From the NCBI GenBank assembly GCA_030704615.1, contig CM060731.1, positions 18,972,001-19,036,000 on the forward strand: a stretch of DNA of 64,000 bases, given 5' to 3'. Shown here in pieces: positions 51,323-64,000 of the stretch. A program made the position numbers and the translations under genes. Position 1 is the first letter of the stretch. The number at the start of each line of letters is the position of its first letter. The notes below the pieces were generated by a model that searched no databases, had not been told where the DNA came from, and worked only from the letters and a program-made list of their open reading frames with translations. The stretch is from Takakia lepidozioides. Taxonomy: Eukaryota > Plantae > Bryophyta.

Positions 51323-54300
51323 TCAATGATTTCTGGAATCCCTAAGGAGGAGTTTGTGCAGCTCGTTCACGCTCAACGCCGGTGCATGAATAAAGTCATC
51401 AATAGTCACGTTCATCCTCAACCTCTTCAGGTAGATGTAATACAGATGCTTGCACGGATAATACTTCGAACCCTTCTTTGCTTCCATCAACGAGAAGTCC
51501 GTACAATTGCAAGTCGGCTCCACTCCAATCGTAATTGTGTATACATCGTCGCGTACAGCCGAGCCGGCCGTTGCCATCCGATACACACGCCCAAGGCCGG
51601 GTGGGGGTACGTCCACGGAGCTCTGAATAGTGCAAGCCATCCCAAGAGCATTGGCAATCCGAGTCTCATTCAACTTGTTGGGAGGGTGTCGTCTCTTCAC
51701 TCTTCCGAATCGCATTGTGGGATGTGCAGAATTGTCCAATCCGTCTCTACTGGAGCAGTTTTTAATGGCTGGGTCAGAGGAACCGGAAATGCGTGGGCCG
51801 GGATGTCTGTGCGTTGCACCATTCGAAATCCTGCTGCAGATAGAGCATCCGCCTCATTCTGAGAGAGGCTGCAACCCGGTGCAACAGGCCAGACGCCCGG
51901 AGGCTCCGGCATTCCCTGAATCCCGTACTTGGGCTTGCCAAATACACAGGTCATTATGTCGTGCCTACAGAACCAAAATGTCTGCGTTGTGGCGTGAGCA
52001 AATGTGGGAGTCAAAAATCTGCCGCTGAAACAAGGTGCAGGTACAGCACCGTGTGGGTTCCTCCGAATCATCTCACCACAGCGTGCTCTCGTATCCACCC
52101 GGATGGCGCAGCACTTCCCTCGAAATGCCGGCAATGTCCTCGCAATTCTCCACTATGACTCCGACACTCTTGTCTCCACAATGGGAATGTTGTACTGCTT
52201 TACTACAGATGGCTCGTTATGTTGCCGGGGCACGCGCCCTGTGCTCAAAGGAGATGGCGATCTTGAACGTGCAGGACTTGCGGTGCTCGACGAGACCTCC
52301 TCGGGCAACATCACGGGACCACGAGGGAGCGTGCGAATATTCTTGTCAACTCGCCATGAATCCTCTTCTCCGCCAGGTGCCTCGTCAAGTCTTCGTCTCA
52401 CTGGACGGGTATGAACATCTCCTTCCAAATGTTGGCCTCTTCGCAACAATGGCGTGTCCCGAAGGCCCTCTCGCAAGGCCACCGCCCACTTTCGAGGATT
52501 CTTCGATCTAGAGGCAGTCCGCATCAGCATTTCCTGCCTGTCCGGCCCCAAGCCCCACTGTTTCCCTTTCAAGAACTCGTTGTACCTGCATTGCTGCATA
52601 ATTGACCTCACAATGTCCTCCGTTGTGGCAGTGAGGATGTCGACCAGATGCGCCGCAGAGGAGGCACGCCAGGAAGAGTGCACTGATTCGGCCATGTTTA
52701 TCGTGGGCATGTCGGTGTCGGAGTCGAGACACATTTCCTGCACAAGCACATGTTCAGGTTACAAGCAAGTTACAAATATGGCCAAGAATAATATTCAACG
52801 GGACGCGAATTCGTGCAACTCACCTCCCGCATATAGTCGCCGAACTGGAGGAAACGATAATGCCACCATGCTAGCCAACTGACCATTGCTCCCTCGTCTG
52901 ATTTCCTTACAGCACCTGACGATGTCCACCAAGCCCGTATGCATGCAAACTGTGTCTCTACATCATCCAAGGTGGGAGCGCGCTTCCACGCAAGGCACAT
53001 GGAACGGTGCTCCTCTCTGAAATCTGGCGCCACGAGCTTGGTTGTGTACTGCGAAAGGCTCTGCAGAAAATGGAACCCACAAGATCTCTCCTTGCCTTCC
53101 ATGGGAACATTGGGGTCTTGCCCGTACACCCTTCGGATGGCAGCCCAATTTGCTTGTGCGTTGTCCGCCATGAAACCACGGAAATTGGGAGGGGGCAATC
53201 CCGCCTTGGCCATCTGTTCGTTTATTCCCTGCCAAAGAAGCATCTCCGATTGTGTGTCCTCTCCTTTCATCTCACAAATAACAATTGTCATTAGCATCCT
53301 GCAGTGGGTGTCGTAGACATGTGCACCCATTGTCACCCACTGGTGATTTGTAATTCGCTTGATATGGTCGAACATGACCCAACTGTTTGACAAGTTCCCA
53401 CTCGTCCTCCTGTCGACCAGTTTGACGCCGCTGCCAGGTCCACACGTGGACATTTTGAATACGAAACAACGATCTGCCTCAGTCCCTTGTCCTGGAAACC
53501 TACTTCCATGAATGTAGTCATATCCACATCGTCGCTTCACCTCCAGAATGGAGTGCATATCCGAGCCACGCCCAATTTTCTGTTTGCATGAGACAATGTG
53601 GTTTCGGACATTCGGTGAACATACATGGGACACCGACTCCAGCAATGCCTCCATTTCCTTCTCGTCGAGAGGAACTCTATCGGAGCTGTCTTCCGACATA
53701 ATTCTGGCCAATGCCATCTTATGGGCGGCTTGGAGCTGTATCTGTTTGGGTTTGGCACCCGGTCTCAACTTAACCTCCTCCTGAACGAGCTGCTCTGCTT
53801 CGTGGGCAGCCTCCCGCGAGTTCCCCCTCGCCAATTTGTGACAATGGGAACCAACGTGTATGCAAGCTCGGGTGAGGTCAGGGAAACGGTGCAACACATA
53901 GAACTGCTTGGCATTACAAACAGACATGCAGTGTGGTGGTTCTTTGCAATGCGCACACTTAAATGTGGAGTTTGGAACCTTCTCCTGAGCTCAAAATGGT
54001 TGGTGAGCTGTGCCTGTCCAATCGGTCTCGTTCCTGTGACCTCTGGATTTAAAGTGGAAGCAAGTTGGGGAGAAACACCGCAACGCGCCCGCACAAAACA
54101 ACGTAGCGCACCCGCACACCATCGAGCATCTTCACGCTGGTCGTTTTGGTAACGCACCAAGGATGACCGTCATGTTTTCTATCCATATCTGTCAACATTC
54201 CGGACGCCCTCGAGTAGTCCGCCCGAGGAGGGAACTCAAAGAAGATATTACCGTCGACGTCGGCGGGAAGGCATGTAACCCATTTAATTGCGAACTTGCT

Positions 54301-54576
54301 GTAGTCCAGCCCGGCCAGCTCCGACCGGTGTCCTTCCAGGTGAAGCCCTCGCAGAATTTCAAGAATAGATCGAACTGCGGTGCTCGTGCTGGGAATATGA
54401 CTCCCTCCTCCACTGACGTCCATTGAGGACTTGCCTGATCTCCAGGACGACCTCGGAACTTCCATGACCTCGTCTGAGTCGGACAGGTTGTGAACAACCC
54501 GGTTCTCGCTCGTCTTCATGGATGGGTTCGGCTCTGGATTTACTTCGTTGCGGACTTCTCTCTTTGAGGTAGCCAC
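51323..54576 (-). mobile_element. Mutator-like (MULE) transposase gene with SWIM zinc finger; spliced and frameshifted
   Basis: VMFDH, FMADNAQANWAAIRRVYG, ERSCGFHFLQ (CxxH), NMAESVH catalytic-E region; C-terminal CNCTDF...PCKHL SWIM; N-terminal CNAK...HVGSHCH zinc motif. Confidence 0.85.
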
Positions 54577-55199
54577 TCTCTGATTCGCGGATTGTTTCGT
54601 GGAAGGCGCCAGGATAGAAGGTGCATTTGGCGGGCAAATGAAGTCCCCAACAGCCCTGTATATGACGTTGTCCGATGGTGGAACTCACCATTCCCTGCCA
54701 TCGCCGAAATCATCGTGGAGCACAACAATACTCTCAACAACAAGGCCGTTAGAGTCCTTCCTTTCCTCCTCCAAAAAAACCGACCCCGGTTTCAGGTGGT
54801 ATCGAACGCACAGATATTTCTCCATCACCCGGCAGGTGTCCCCTCTGCACGAAATGAAGCTCTATGCTCGTGAGGAGGGCAGTACACTGTAGCGCTCGGG
54901 TTTTCCGCCATGGGAGATGTGCACACAAGACTGCCAGGATGGTGTGCTGGGAAGCTCCCTGGTAGAAGGGGGTGCAGCGATGGGAATGAATGCGATGCCG
55001 ATTTGTCCAAGCGATGAAGCTTGATCCAAATCCAGGGAGCCAACTATCTCAAAAATACACAGTCAGACTGTTAATGAACCTTGTCTCCGGAATGCGGCCC
55101 CTGGTCTTTGCGCAATAACTGCCAACGGTATACAGTCAGAAAGTGGGGGGCCGTCCGGATGATGACGGCTGAAGGGGAGAAGCCGGCACCGTGCCGTCA

Positions 55200-56650
55200 C
55201 ATTACTACCCCCGAATGGAAATTCGGCACCCAATATCCAACAGAGGAAGCCCGGATGAAGTCGCCTCGGGCTCAGAGGCCGGCGCGTGTGCGACAGAGAA
55301 TATCCCCTGGATGGAGATTCGGCGCCGAATTTCCATCCGGGCCCCCCAAAGGGAGTCGTGTCGGGGGGTCAGGCCGAAAACTGGACGGCATAAAAACATC
55401 CCCAGATGGAAAAACGGCGCCGAATTTCCATCCGGGGCGGTTCGGATGCAGTCGGGGAGGGGGAGTGGCCGGCACTTGGCCGTCACATTTCAACCCCCGG
55501 ACGGAAATTCGGCACCGAATATCGAACAGGGGACGCCCGGATGAAGTCGCCTCGGGCGTAGAGGTCGGCACGTGTTCGACAGAGAGCATCCCCTGGATGG
55601 AGATTCGGCGCCGAATTTCCATCCGGGCCTCCCCAAAGGAAGTCTTGTCGGGGGTCAGACCGAAAACTGGCCGACATAAAACCTTTCCACATGGGAAAAC
55701 GGCGCCGAATTTCAATCCGGGGCCGTTCCAATGCAGTCGGGGAGGGGGGAGAGGTCGACACCTGGCCGTCATATTTCAACCCCCGGACGGAAATTCGGCA
55801 CCGAATATCCAACAGAGCGGCGGAGAGGCGCACCTCTCCGACAGAGACCATCCCCGGATGGAATTTCGGCGCCGAATTTCCATCCTACAGGTAAGTGGAA
55901 TCCCGGATGGATGGAAATTCGGCGCCGAATTTCCATCCAGCAGGTAAGTGGAATCCCGGATGGAACGAAATCCGGCGCCGAATTTCCATCCGGCATGTAA
56001 TTTGCCCACAATTACCTTCCTGCAGGTAATGTTCAGAATTACCTTCCTATCGGCATCGAGGAATTACCTGAACATCTGCGAATTACCTGCAGGAAGGTAA
56101 TTCCGATGAAATGGCGAATGGAAATCCGGCGCCGATTTCCATTCCGAATTACCTGCGTGAGGGAAATTTGGCGCGAACCTGCGGATGGAAATCCGGCGCC
56201 GGATTTCCAATTCCGATTACCTGCGTGAGGGAAATTTGGCGCGACGCCCTACCTGCGCGGATGGGCGCCGGATTTCCACCGCGCGCTTCCGAATTACCTG
56301 CGTGAGGAAATTTGGCGCGCCGCCCGACCTGCGCGGATGGAAATCCGGCGCCGGATTTCCATCCAATTACCGTGAGGGAAATTTGGCGACCTGCGCGGAT
56401 GAAATCCGGCGCCGGATTTCCATCCGCAATTACCTGCGTGAGGGAAATTGGCGCGACGCCCTACCTGCGCGGATGGAAATCGCCGGATTTCCATCCGCGC
56501 GCTTCTGAATTACCTGCGTGAGGGAAATTTCCACGCTGCCTACCTTGCTGGATGGAAATTCGGCGCTCCGAATTACCTGCAGGATGGAAATCCGGCGCCG
56601 GAATTCCATCGTGCAGCGCTCCGAATTACCTCTACGTTGGAAATTCCGAG
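55200..56650. repeat. Array built on a 30-bp palindrome GGATGGAAAT(T/C)CGGCGCCG(A/G)ATTTCCATCC; ~290-bp units followed by short units
   Basis: Perfect palindromes at 55909-55938 and 56335-56364, with many degenerate copies. Confidence 0.9.
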
Positions 56651-57710
56651 ACTGTTTACGTCGATTTTCATCCGACATGGAGGGCTTCATCCGACATTTA
56701 ATTGCGCAGTTGGGCAATAAATGTCGACCGCCGTCGGTTATCATTCGGGCTGGCGACGCATGGCTTCCTGGACACGTACCCTAAATCTCATGCTAATCTT
56801 GGCTTAACATGCTATTCGAGGCATGTACCCCAAAAAGGAGATCTTTTTGGCTGGGACTTATGCCGCCTGAAGGGCGTGGCTCTCCTGAGAGAGACCTCAC
56901 ATCCAGACCGCGGCGGAAGTTGAAAGCTCTGTACTACGGACGACGGCCAATCTCTCGCATGGCCAAACTGAAGCTCCAGCAGGAGATTCCAGTGTCTTGC
57001 TCACAACCTGCGCCAACTGAAGCCGAGTACTCTCAGGCAAGCCACTTCTGCTTTCGGTTTGTTCGATTTATTTTTTGCTTTCGCTTTGTTACCTCGCTTT
57101 GTTTTTGCATCTTCATCCTGGTTTCGCTGTATGAGTGAACTTTAGATAGTTGAGTGAACCTTAGATTGTTTGCAATGCGTGTGCAAATCCGGCAGCTCTG
57201 GAGAAGGCTGCTTGTGCATGTCATTCTCAGGCAATGGTTGCATTTGTTTTCATTGTTGTTGCATGGCTCTCCATACTTCCTAAACTTGTTATGTTTTCAT
57301 TTTTGCTACACGATTGTTGCTATGGTGGTTGCGCTGCTCGTTGCGATGCTGCTTTGCACCGATGTTGGTTTTCACGATTTTTGTCAATGACAGAGTGACG
57401 ACGAGCCCGGCACGCTGGTGGTATCATCGACAGCTCCAACATCGCATGTTTGAATCGCCCAACTTGGGGCGAGAGGGCAAACTTAAACTTTTGTTGGTGG
57501 ACGGGAGGACTTGCAACGACAGTACGACAGAGTAGGCATTGGGGAGGTTGGTGCAGGCGGCATGGCAGGTGAAGGGCGTGAGGACATGAGGACAGCAGAT
57601 CCGGCAATGGAGGTTGTTCATGCACATGCAGTAGGGCCCGCCCACGCAAAGAAAAAGAAGAAAGCTAAGGGCGAGAGAGCAGTCACGGGCTGCGGAGGGG
57701 GGAGTGAGCA

Positions 57711-58400
57711 GTGCGCGCGAGGGTGTCAGTTCGCCTCAATCAAAGGTGGTCGTCCTGGAGGGCTCCCCTGCTGCTAGCCCTAGTAAGAAACAGAAAGCCC
57801 GTGAGAGGGCAAAAGAACAAAGACAAGACAGACATGCTAGCCAGGAGGAAAGAGAAAAGGCAGCTGAAGAGGCCGGGTGCCCAAATGACAGATGCCAATG
57901 TAAGCGAGGGACGCACAGAGACGGTGGATCCCTCCAAGACACCACAGAGAGGCAGTAACACACCGGTTAGACCATCGCGGGCAAGAGCAGCCCCCGCAAT
58001 TACCCATACGGTGGAGAGTGGAGGAGAGGAAAGAACACCCGAAAGAGCACGGATTGTGCAAGTTCCAGGTGAAGCCAGGGAGAGGGCAGTAGAGACGGGG
58101 AGAGTGCTGGAGGTGGTTCGCAGGTGGCTGACCCTGTTGAGGGACAACAGGAGCTTTCTGACCAGGATGACATCCTCCCGGACATCCCCAGGCCCAAACC
58201 CGAGCATACAGGCTGGATTTGGCGGTCCTGGTGGGCTGCCGGAAAACCCCTCTGCAGCAGACGTCATGTCTGAGGCGGATATGAAGTTGGCCGCTGCCAA
58301 GATGTTGGAGGCAACCCACAGCAACATTGGCAGGGTGCTGGGGGGCATGGTGTACCCGGCCAAGCAGATGCTGGGGGGCATGGTGTACAGCAGATTTTAG
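57711..58400 (+). other. Low-complexity basic ORF remnant, likely TE-derived, unassigned
   Basis: K/R/E-rich frame with an internal LGGMVY duplication; nearby sequence runs into the gap. Confidence 0.25.
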
Positions 58401-58621
58401 ACGAGGCATGCCTCAAGAAAATGAAGATGAGGGAGGAGGCAGCAGCTATTAGAGCCCGTCGGGCTCGTAGATTTGTCTTGGATTCTACTGAGGAAAGTGG
58501 GGGAGAAGACGCAGAAGATTCCCAGGAGGTGAGGTGGACAGTCCCCCAAGGAGAGGACGGGATTTTTGAGAGGCATAGTGGAACTGATGCATCACAGAGC
58601 TCGAGGATGAGGGGGATGGGG

Positions 58622-59121
58622 NNNNNNNNNNNNNNNNNNNNNNNNNNNNNNNNNNNNNNNNNNNNNNNNNNNNNNNNNNNNNNNNNNNNNNNNNNNNNNN
58701 NNNNNNNNNNNNNNNNNNNNNNNNNNNNNNNNNNNNNNNNNNNNNNNNNNNNNNNNNNNNNNNNNNNNNNNNNNNNNNNNNNNNNNNNNNNNNNNNNNNN
58801 NNNNNNNNNNNNNNNNNNNNNNNNNNNNNNNNNNNNNNNNNNNNNNNNNNNNNNNNNNNNNNNNNNNNNNNNNNNNNNNNNNNNNNNNNNNNNNNNNNNN
58901 NNNNNNNNNNNNNNNNNNNNNNNNNNNNNNNNNNNNNNNNNNNNNNNNNNNNNNNNNNNNNNNNNNNNNNNNNNNNNNNNNNNNNNNNNNNNNNNNNNNN
59001 NNNNNNNNNNNNNNNNNNNNNNNNNNNNNNNNNNNNNNNNNNNNNNNNNNNNNNNNNNNNNNNNNNNNNNNNNNNNNNNNNNNNNNNNNNNNNNNNNNNN
59101 NNNNNNNNNNNNNNNNNNNNN
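58622..59121. other. Assembly gap (500 N)
   Basis: Run of N. Confidence 1.
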
Positions 59122-59881
59122 CACGCCAGTCACAAACACTGAACATAGCCCGACATAGCTTTCCAACAGCCAGTTACAAAGCCGACACAGTCTCACCACA
59201 TCCAGTCAATTGTCCGGCACAGTCACAGCCCTCACCACGTTGCCTGGGAACGGTTATCATTGACAGGAACGACTATGTGGTAACGACATCTGCAGAGGGA
59301 ACGTGTTTATTTCAGGGGCGACAGTTAGTTAGTTAGGTGGTTAGAACAGTTTGCGGGTAGATTAGGTGGAGCGGCAACATGAAGGGGATCACTTCTTGGA
59401 GAGCACTACTTGGTCAGAAGGGGAGGAGATGAAGCAGAGAGCGGAAACGGAACCAGGAATGGAGGAAACGATGAGATGGCAAGATGACTTGTCCGATGCC
59501 TTAATTCATGCAAGCTGTAGAATCATACAGTAGGGCGGATTAAAGACACCATGGCATTGGTCTGATACCTGATAAATATTAATCTGATACTTATTCGATA
59601 CAATACACTGTGTAGAGAGACATGAGTGAAGTTGTGGAATGACTGGATGAGTGAATGGAACCTGGTAGATACTGAAGCAATCTAATGCTTCAGTATACAC
59701 AGTAAGGTAATTTGCTAACATGAAGGCAAGAAGAACTACAAATAGGAAGCACAACCATGATTCACTAGCTGTACTAGGTTATGACTGATTGTTCTAAGCG
59801 GGCTGAGTGCTTAGAGATATCCAACTCTTCTATCTTGGAGTTTCCACCTCGGAGCGAAGGGATGAGTAAAGCCGCTCGACA

Positions 59882-62800
59882 GTAGTTAAGGCCACCTTGT
59901 CTGGAGTAATGGTAGTCCGCAGGGATGTATTGGAATTGCAAGTGCTGGGTGAATTGGGCCCATTCATGGTCCATTGAGGATGGGGGTTTGTGGGTACCAT
60001 TATGTGAGTGGCCGAGCAAAGCAATGTCTCTGTTAAAGTCCCCCGCCAGTATAATATGATGATGTTGGTTATCTGGGTGGGTGGTTGTTAGAGAGATAGT
60101 GTTTAGTATGTCTGGTATTAGGGGTAGGTCATCTACATGTGACAACATATATAGATGTATGAGGGTGATAGGGCATATTGTTGGGGGATGTAGTTGGATA
60201 ATTTGGAGGTGAGATTGGAGAGGGATGGGTACATTTATTTTTGTGGTGGTACTGGGAGAGTGACATGTACGAAGAATACCGAGTGCCACCCCTCCCCTAG
60301 TGGGTGTGTATGGTGCCGAGCGGCGTAAGAGACATTGTTGGGCTGTTAGGGGGTTGTCGTATAAGAGATAATAATTGGGTAGTAGTTTATTTATATATGA
60401 ACTACTAGTATTACTGGTGTTTAATTTGGTTTCCTGGAGAAGGAATATATGTGGTTGTGAAGAGTTGGTAAAAAGATGTAGCAGGCTTTGAATACTAGTA
60501 GCCAATGACCCTACATTCCAAGAGGTGATTGGTGAGTGTGCCGCTACAATTGTCGGGAGTGGTGGCGTGTGTGGAGGGGGTAGGTGCGGGTATTTCCATT
60601 TGGGGTGCTATGGTAGGGGGGTCGTACCCGGGTATGGAGCTGACTGCGCTGAGAGTGGTAGAGAGGATGTCAGTAGAGAGGAAGGGGAATTTATTGGTAA
60701 TGAGGTGATGGTCTAGATCCGTTGTAGTTAAAGTAGCTAGATGGTCTCCGAGGACTTTGTGTACAACCCCGGTTTTGGAGTCTAGGAGATTGAGGGAGTT
60801 GTGGATCTCTGATAAGTAGTGGGGCGGGGCCAGGTAGTTGTGAGGGAGCGGGGGCAGTTTCTGTAATTTGCGGAGGAGGGAGCGGACTTGGGAGGTGGAG
60901 TGGGAGTGGAGGTACCCATTACATGTCTCTGGAAGGGGTGAGATAAGGATGATAAGGGAGAAGAGAAGGTGTGAAGTGGGAATTTTTTTGAGTTTTTGGA
61001 GGGTTTTAGAAAGAGTTGGGTAGCAGCTGGAAGGAAGTCCGAATGTTGTAAGGTGGTGTGTGGGTATATGATCCGTGGGTTGGTCACGTGGGAAAAGGTG
61101 TGTGAAGTGGTCCTTGAGATGGCAGTAGTTATGTGTGAGTGATAAGGTATTTGACTGCAAGTATAGGGAGTATCTACCTTGGGAGTCCGTGGAGAGTTCC
61201 CTAATAATATTGCTAATGGTGTGAGGCCTTGGGTTAGGATGTATATCGCCACATTGTCGCAATATTAAATTTAGGCATGTCTCATTGTATGCATTAGCTG
61301 GTGCGGGGGGGTGTTGATAGTAGTGTTTGGATTTATGTGGGTGTAGGTGGTATCGGCCATGTGGGCTGTGGTTGAGGGGTTGGTGGTATATATAGGCGTA
61401 TATTATAGGGTCTACAGGGCAGATAAGGGGTAGCTGGGTGCTACGGGTAGAGAAGTGGTGGGTAAGATGAGGGGCAGTGCAGCTTGTAGAAATTGAGTGT
61501 TTAGGGGAGAGATATTGGGCATATACCGGTAGGGGGGTTTGATATAGTGACAATTTTTTAGACGTAGGTGGGGGTAGAGGGGATGGCAGCCGTGGGTGAA
61601 GATACTTAGATTGGGGTAGTTGGGATGGCAACCGCAGATGAATAACTGTGGATTGGGGTAGCTGGAATAGTAGCCATGGATGGGTATTGGCGGATGTGAG
61701 CGTGGGTGTAGGTATTAGTGCGGGGATGAAGTGGCGGGTAAATGTGGCCAGGATATGGCCATGGCCCTGCCTGGGTAGGAGCGTGTCTATGGGGATGACA
61801 TGTGGAGTGGGGAGTAGTAAAGGGGTTATTGTTGTCATGTAGAGCAGGGGGGTGCGGTGTGTCCAGGATAATGATGGTGGTTTGAGGGCTTGCGAGCCTG
61901 TACTGGTCATATAAGAGGGGTGTGGGGAAAAATGTTGGCGAGGGGGGGTATGTATGTGTGTGTTGATCAGTCTGTTAGTAGGGTGGATGGATAGATGACT
62001 GGCAGGCTGGGTGAGTGTTCGGCTGACTGGGTGAGCGTCTCCGCACAGTCGGCGGGCGGCAGGTTTATTAGAGCTATACGGCTGTGATTTGATAGTATGA
62101 GAGGGATCATTGGATGTGCATGGGTGTGGGGGCGGGTGCGGATGAATATATGTAGATTGGGGTAGTTCTGGTGGCCACCATAGATAAATAACTGCAGATT
62201 GGGGTAGTTGGGATAGCATCCGCCGATGTGTATCAGCGGGTGTGGGTAGTAGTGCGGGGATGAAGCGGGGGTTAGATATGGCCAGGGTGTGGCCACGGGG
62301 CTGCCTATGGATGAGCGTGGCTATGGGGATGAAATGTGGAGTGGGTAATAATACAGGGGCTATTGTACCCATGTAGAGCAGGTGGGTAAGGTGAGAAGCC
62401 CAGGATAATGCGGCAGAGGCTTGCAGGCCTATACTAATTATATGTGAGGGGTATGTGGAGAAATGTGGGCTGGGAGGGGCATGTATGTGTATGGTAATCA
62501 GTTTATTAGCAGTATAAGTGGGTAGGTGACTGGCCGGCTGGCAGGATGAGAGTCAACGCGCAGCCCACGGGCAGCGGTTTCCCATGAGGGACATGTTGTG
62601 GTGTTATTAGAGATAGACGGCTGTGATCTGGTAGTATCCGATGTGGGGCGTGGGTTTTCATGATGAGAGGGACCGTTGGATGTGCATGGGTATTGTGGAT
62701 TTTTGATTATTTTGGTGGAGGGTATTTTAAGGTGGTAGGTGGGGCAGGTGTCAGATATTTGGAATAGGGGTAGCGGGCTGGTAAGTGGCGATTGGTACAG

Positions 62801-64000
62801 GTGTGGGAATGGTGTAAATAGCCAGTATCCCAGCGGTGAGCCGTATGAGCAGTTGGTTTGAGGGACGACTGCTGGAGCTGACGGATTATAAAAGAGATGA
62901 GCGGCGCCTGGATAGTGCAGGCGCATGGGGTGTGAGCTTAGCTGTTGGTGAGAGAAATGCAAACACTGAGAGAGGCGCTTGGGAGCATAGGATGCATTGT
63001 GATATTGCAATAACACAGGGGTGGTTACAGTCAGGCCGCAGCTTGCAATGAGAAAGAGAAGTAGGTAGATAGCCAGAGAGGAGGACATTCGGGTGTGAGG
63101 GAAGACTCTAGAGAGCTCCCAACGGTCACTTGTGTAGCCCGGGGGCCACAATAGTGTTTTACGCATTGGTCGTATTGTCAATCACGGTGATGGGGGCCAG
63201 GGCCTGGTCGTTGGCAGCGTGAAGGATGGCAGACAGCTGCTGTTTGGTGTGTTCGGATGCAGGCATGGCTGCAAGAAATCCCGTGGTGTCGAATTTAGGA
63301 GGCCCGTCGTGTTGGAGCTTGATGAGGGCTGCAGGCCTGTATCCCCCTATTTGTGGAGTTGGTATGTTGTTGGAGTCAACTTGTCCGGCAGGGTGATTGG
63401 TCATGCTCGGGGGGGGGAGCTTCTCAAGGACCAAGTTAGCATGAGCGTAGAAGTGGGCCAGGTTGGCCCCTAGATTCTTGGTAATTGATTCTTGCAGCGA
63501 AACCGAGTACGCATGGTGTTCCGCCTGTTGGGCGGCCAAGGTAGAAGCAACCCGCTTTTCCATGGTTGCTAGATCACCCCATATATCCGTCTTGATTGAG
63601 ATGGCATGGTGCGCCAGTTTCCTGTCGATTTTGCTCATCACAAAGGCAAGCACTGCAGCCGATCCAGAGTCGGTCTGGATGTTGAGGGAGTTAACTGTGT
63701 CAGCCAAAGCTTGATTTATGTTGGCCACACGGAGACGCTTCAGAATGTTGTTAGCTGGGGGAACCATTCAGGCTGTGAGTGTGTGGTTCGAAGTTGACAT
63801 ATTTGTCGATGACGAGGATGTGCGGTTTGTGGCACCACTGAGCATAGATACTGGGGTTCTTACAAGTAAGGAGTGCCATGCCTGAGTGTTTGAACTTCTC
63901 TGTCGGGGCTACTCCGCTGAAGTAGATTTGTGCAAGGTTGTCTTTGCCGAAGACACCTCTAAGAGCATCTTCTGTCGCAACTTGAGTGTGCAGCTGGTTA
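59882..64000 (-). mobile_element. Non-LTR retrotransposon: putative ORF1 (63159-63767), long Pro/His/Thr-rich leader with 2A-like motif, APE endonuclease, truncated before RT
   Basis: ITSWNVGSL, FLLQETKL, GGVA, IILAGDFN, YSRQGG endonuclease motifs at ~59890-60530; CGDIHPNPRP at ~61224-61253. Confidence 0.8.
61600..62690. repeat. Diverged tandem duplication of a ~540-bp unit in the LINE leader
   Basis: 61600-62150 aligns with 62150-62690; translations PLLLPTPHVIPI and PVLLPTPHFIPI. Confidence 0.8.

Noticed and set aside
55850-56650. CRISPR-like array of palindromic repeats
   Set aside because: The intervening sequences are themselves repeated and irregular, there are no cas genes, the context is eukaryotic, and the same core flanks the MULE transposase.
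58264-59199. Long ORFs in the ORF track
   Set aside because: Artefacts of translating through the N gap.

Overview
Eukaryotic nuclear DNA from a land plant, most likely non-seed. The evidence is GT-AG introns, a microbial-type terpene synthase and a PLS-class PPR fragment. The first ~21 kb holds a complete six-exon iPGAM gene, an intronless microbial terpene synthase-like (MTPSL) gene, a PPR pseudogene fragment and decayed TE pieces. From ~22 kb to the end is a stack of nested transposons with a 500-N gap. The most unusual object is an 11.8-kb Ty3/gypsy-type element (23414-35197, minus strand), with a related partial copy at 46732-50498. It encodes gag, protease, a C5 DNA methyltransferase, RT, RNase H and a DDE integrase ending in a PHD finger. 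Its ends are split, circularly permuted direct repeats (B...A-gc-B-A) around a palindromic GACA-GC-TGTC junction, and it has a 4-bp TSD. It also has a self-complementary primer site and a leader containing captured host mRNA fragments (uL2, NAA38/LSMD1-like, eL28). Nearby are a degenerate gene for a ParB-like domain plus beta-class amino-DNA methyltransferase, a Mutator-like element with palindromic arrays, and a LINE with a 2A-like motif. Many frameshifts in the TE ORFs may be assembly indels. All family assignments come from motif recognition by eye, not from database searches.
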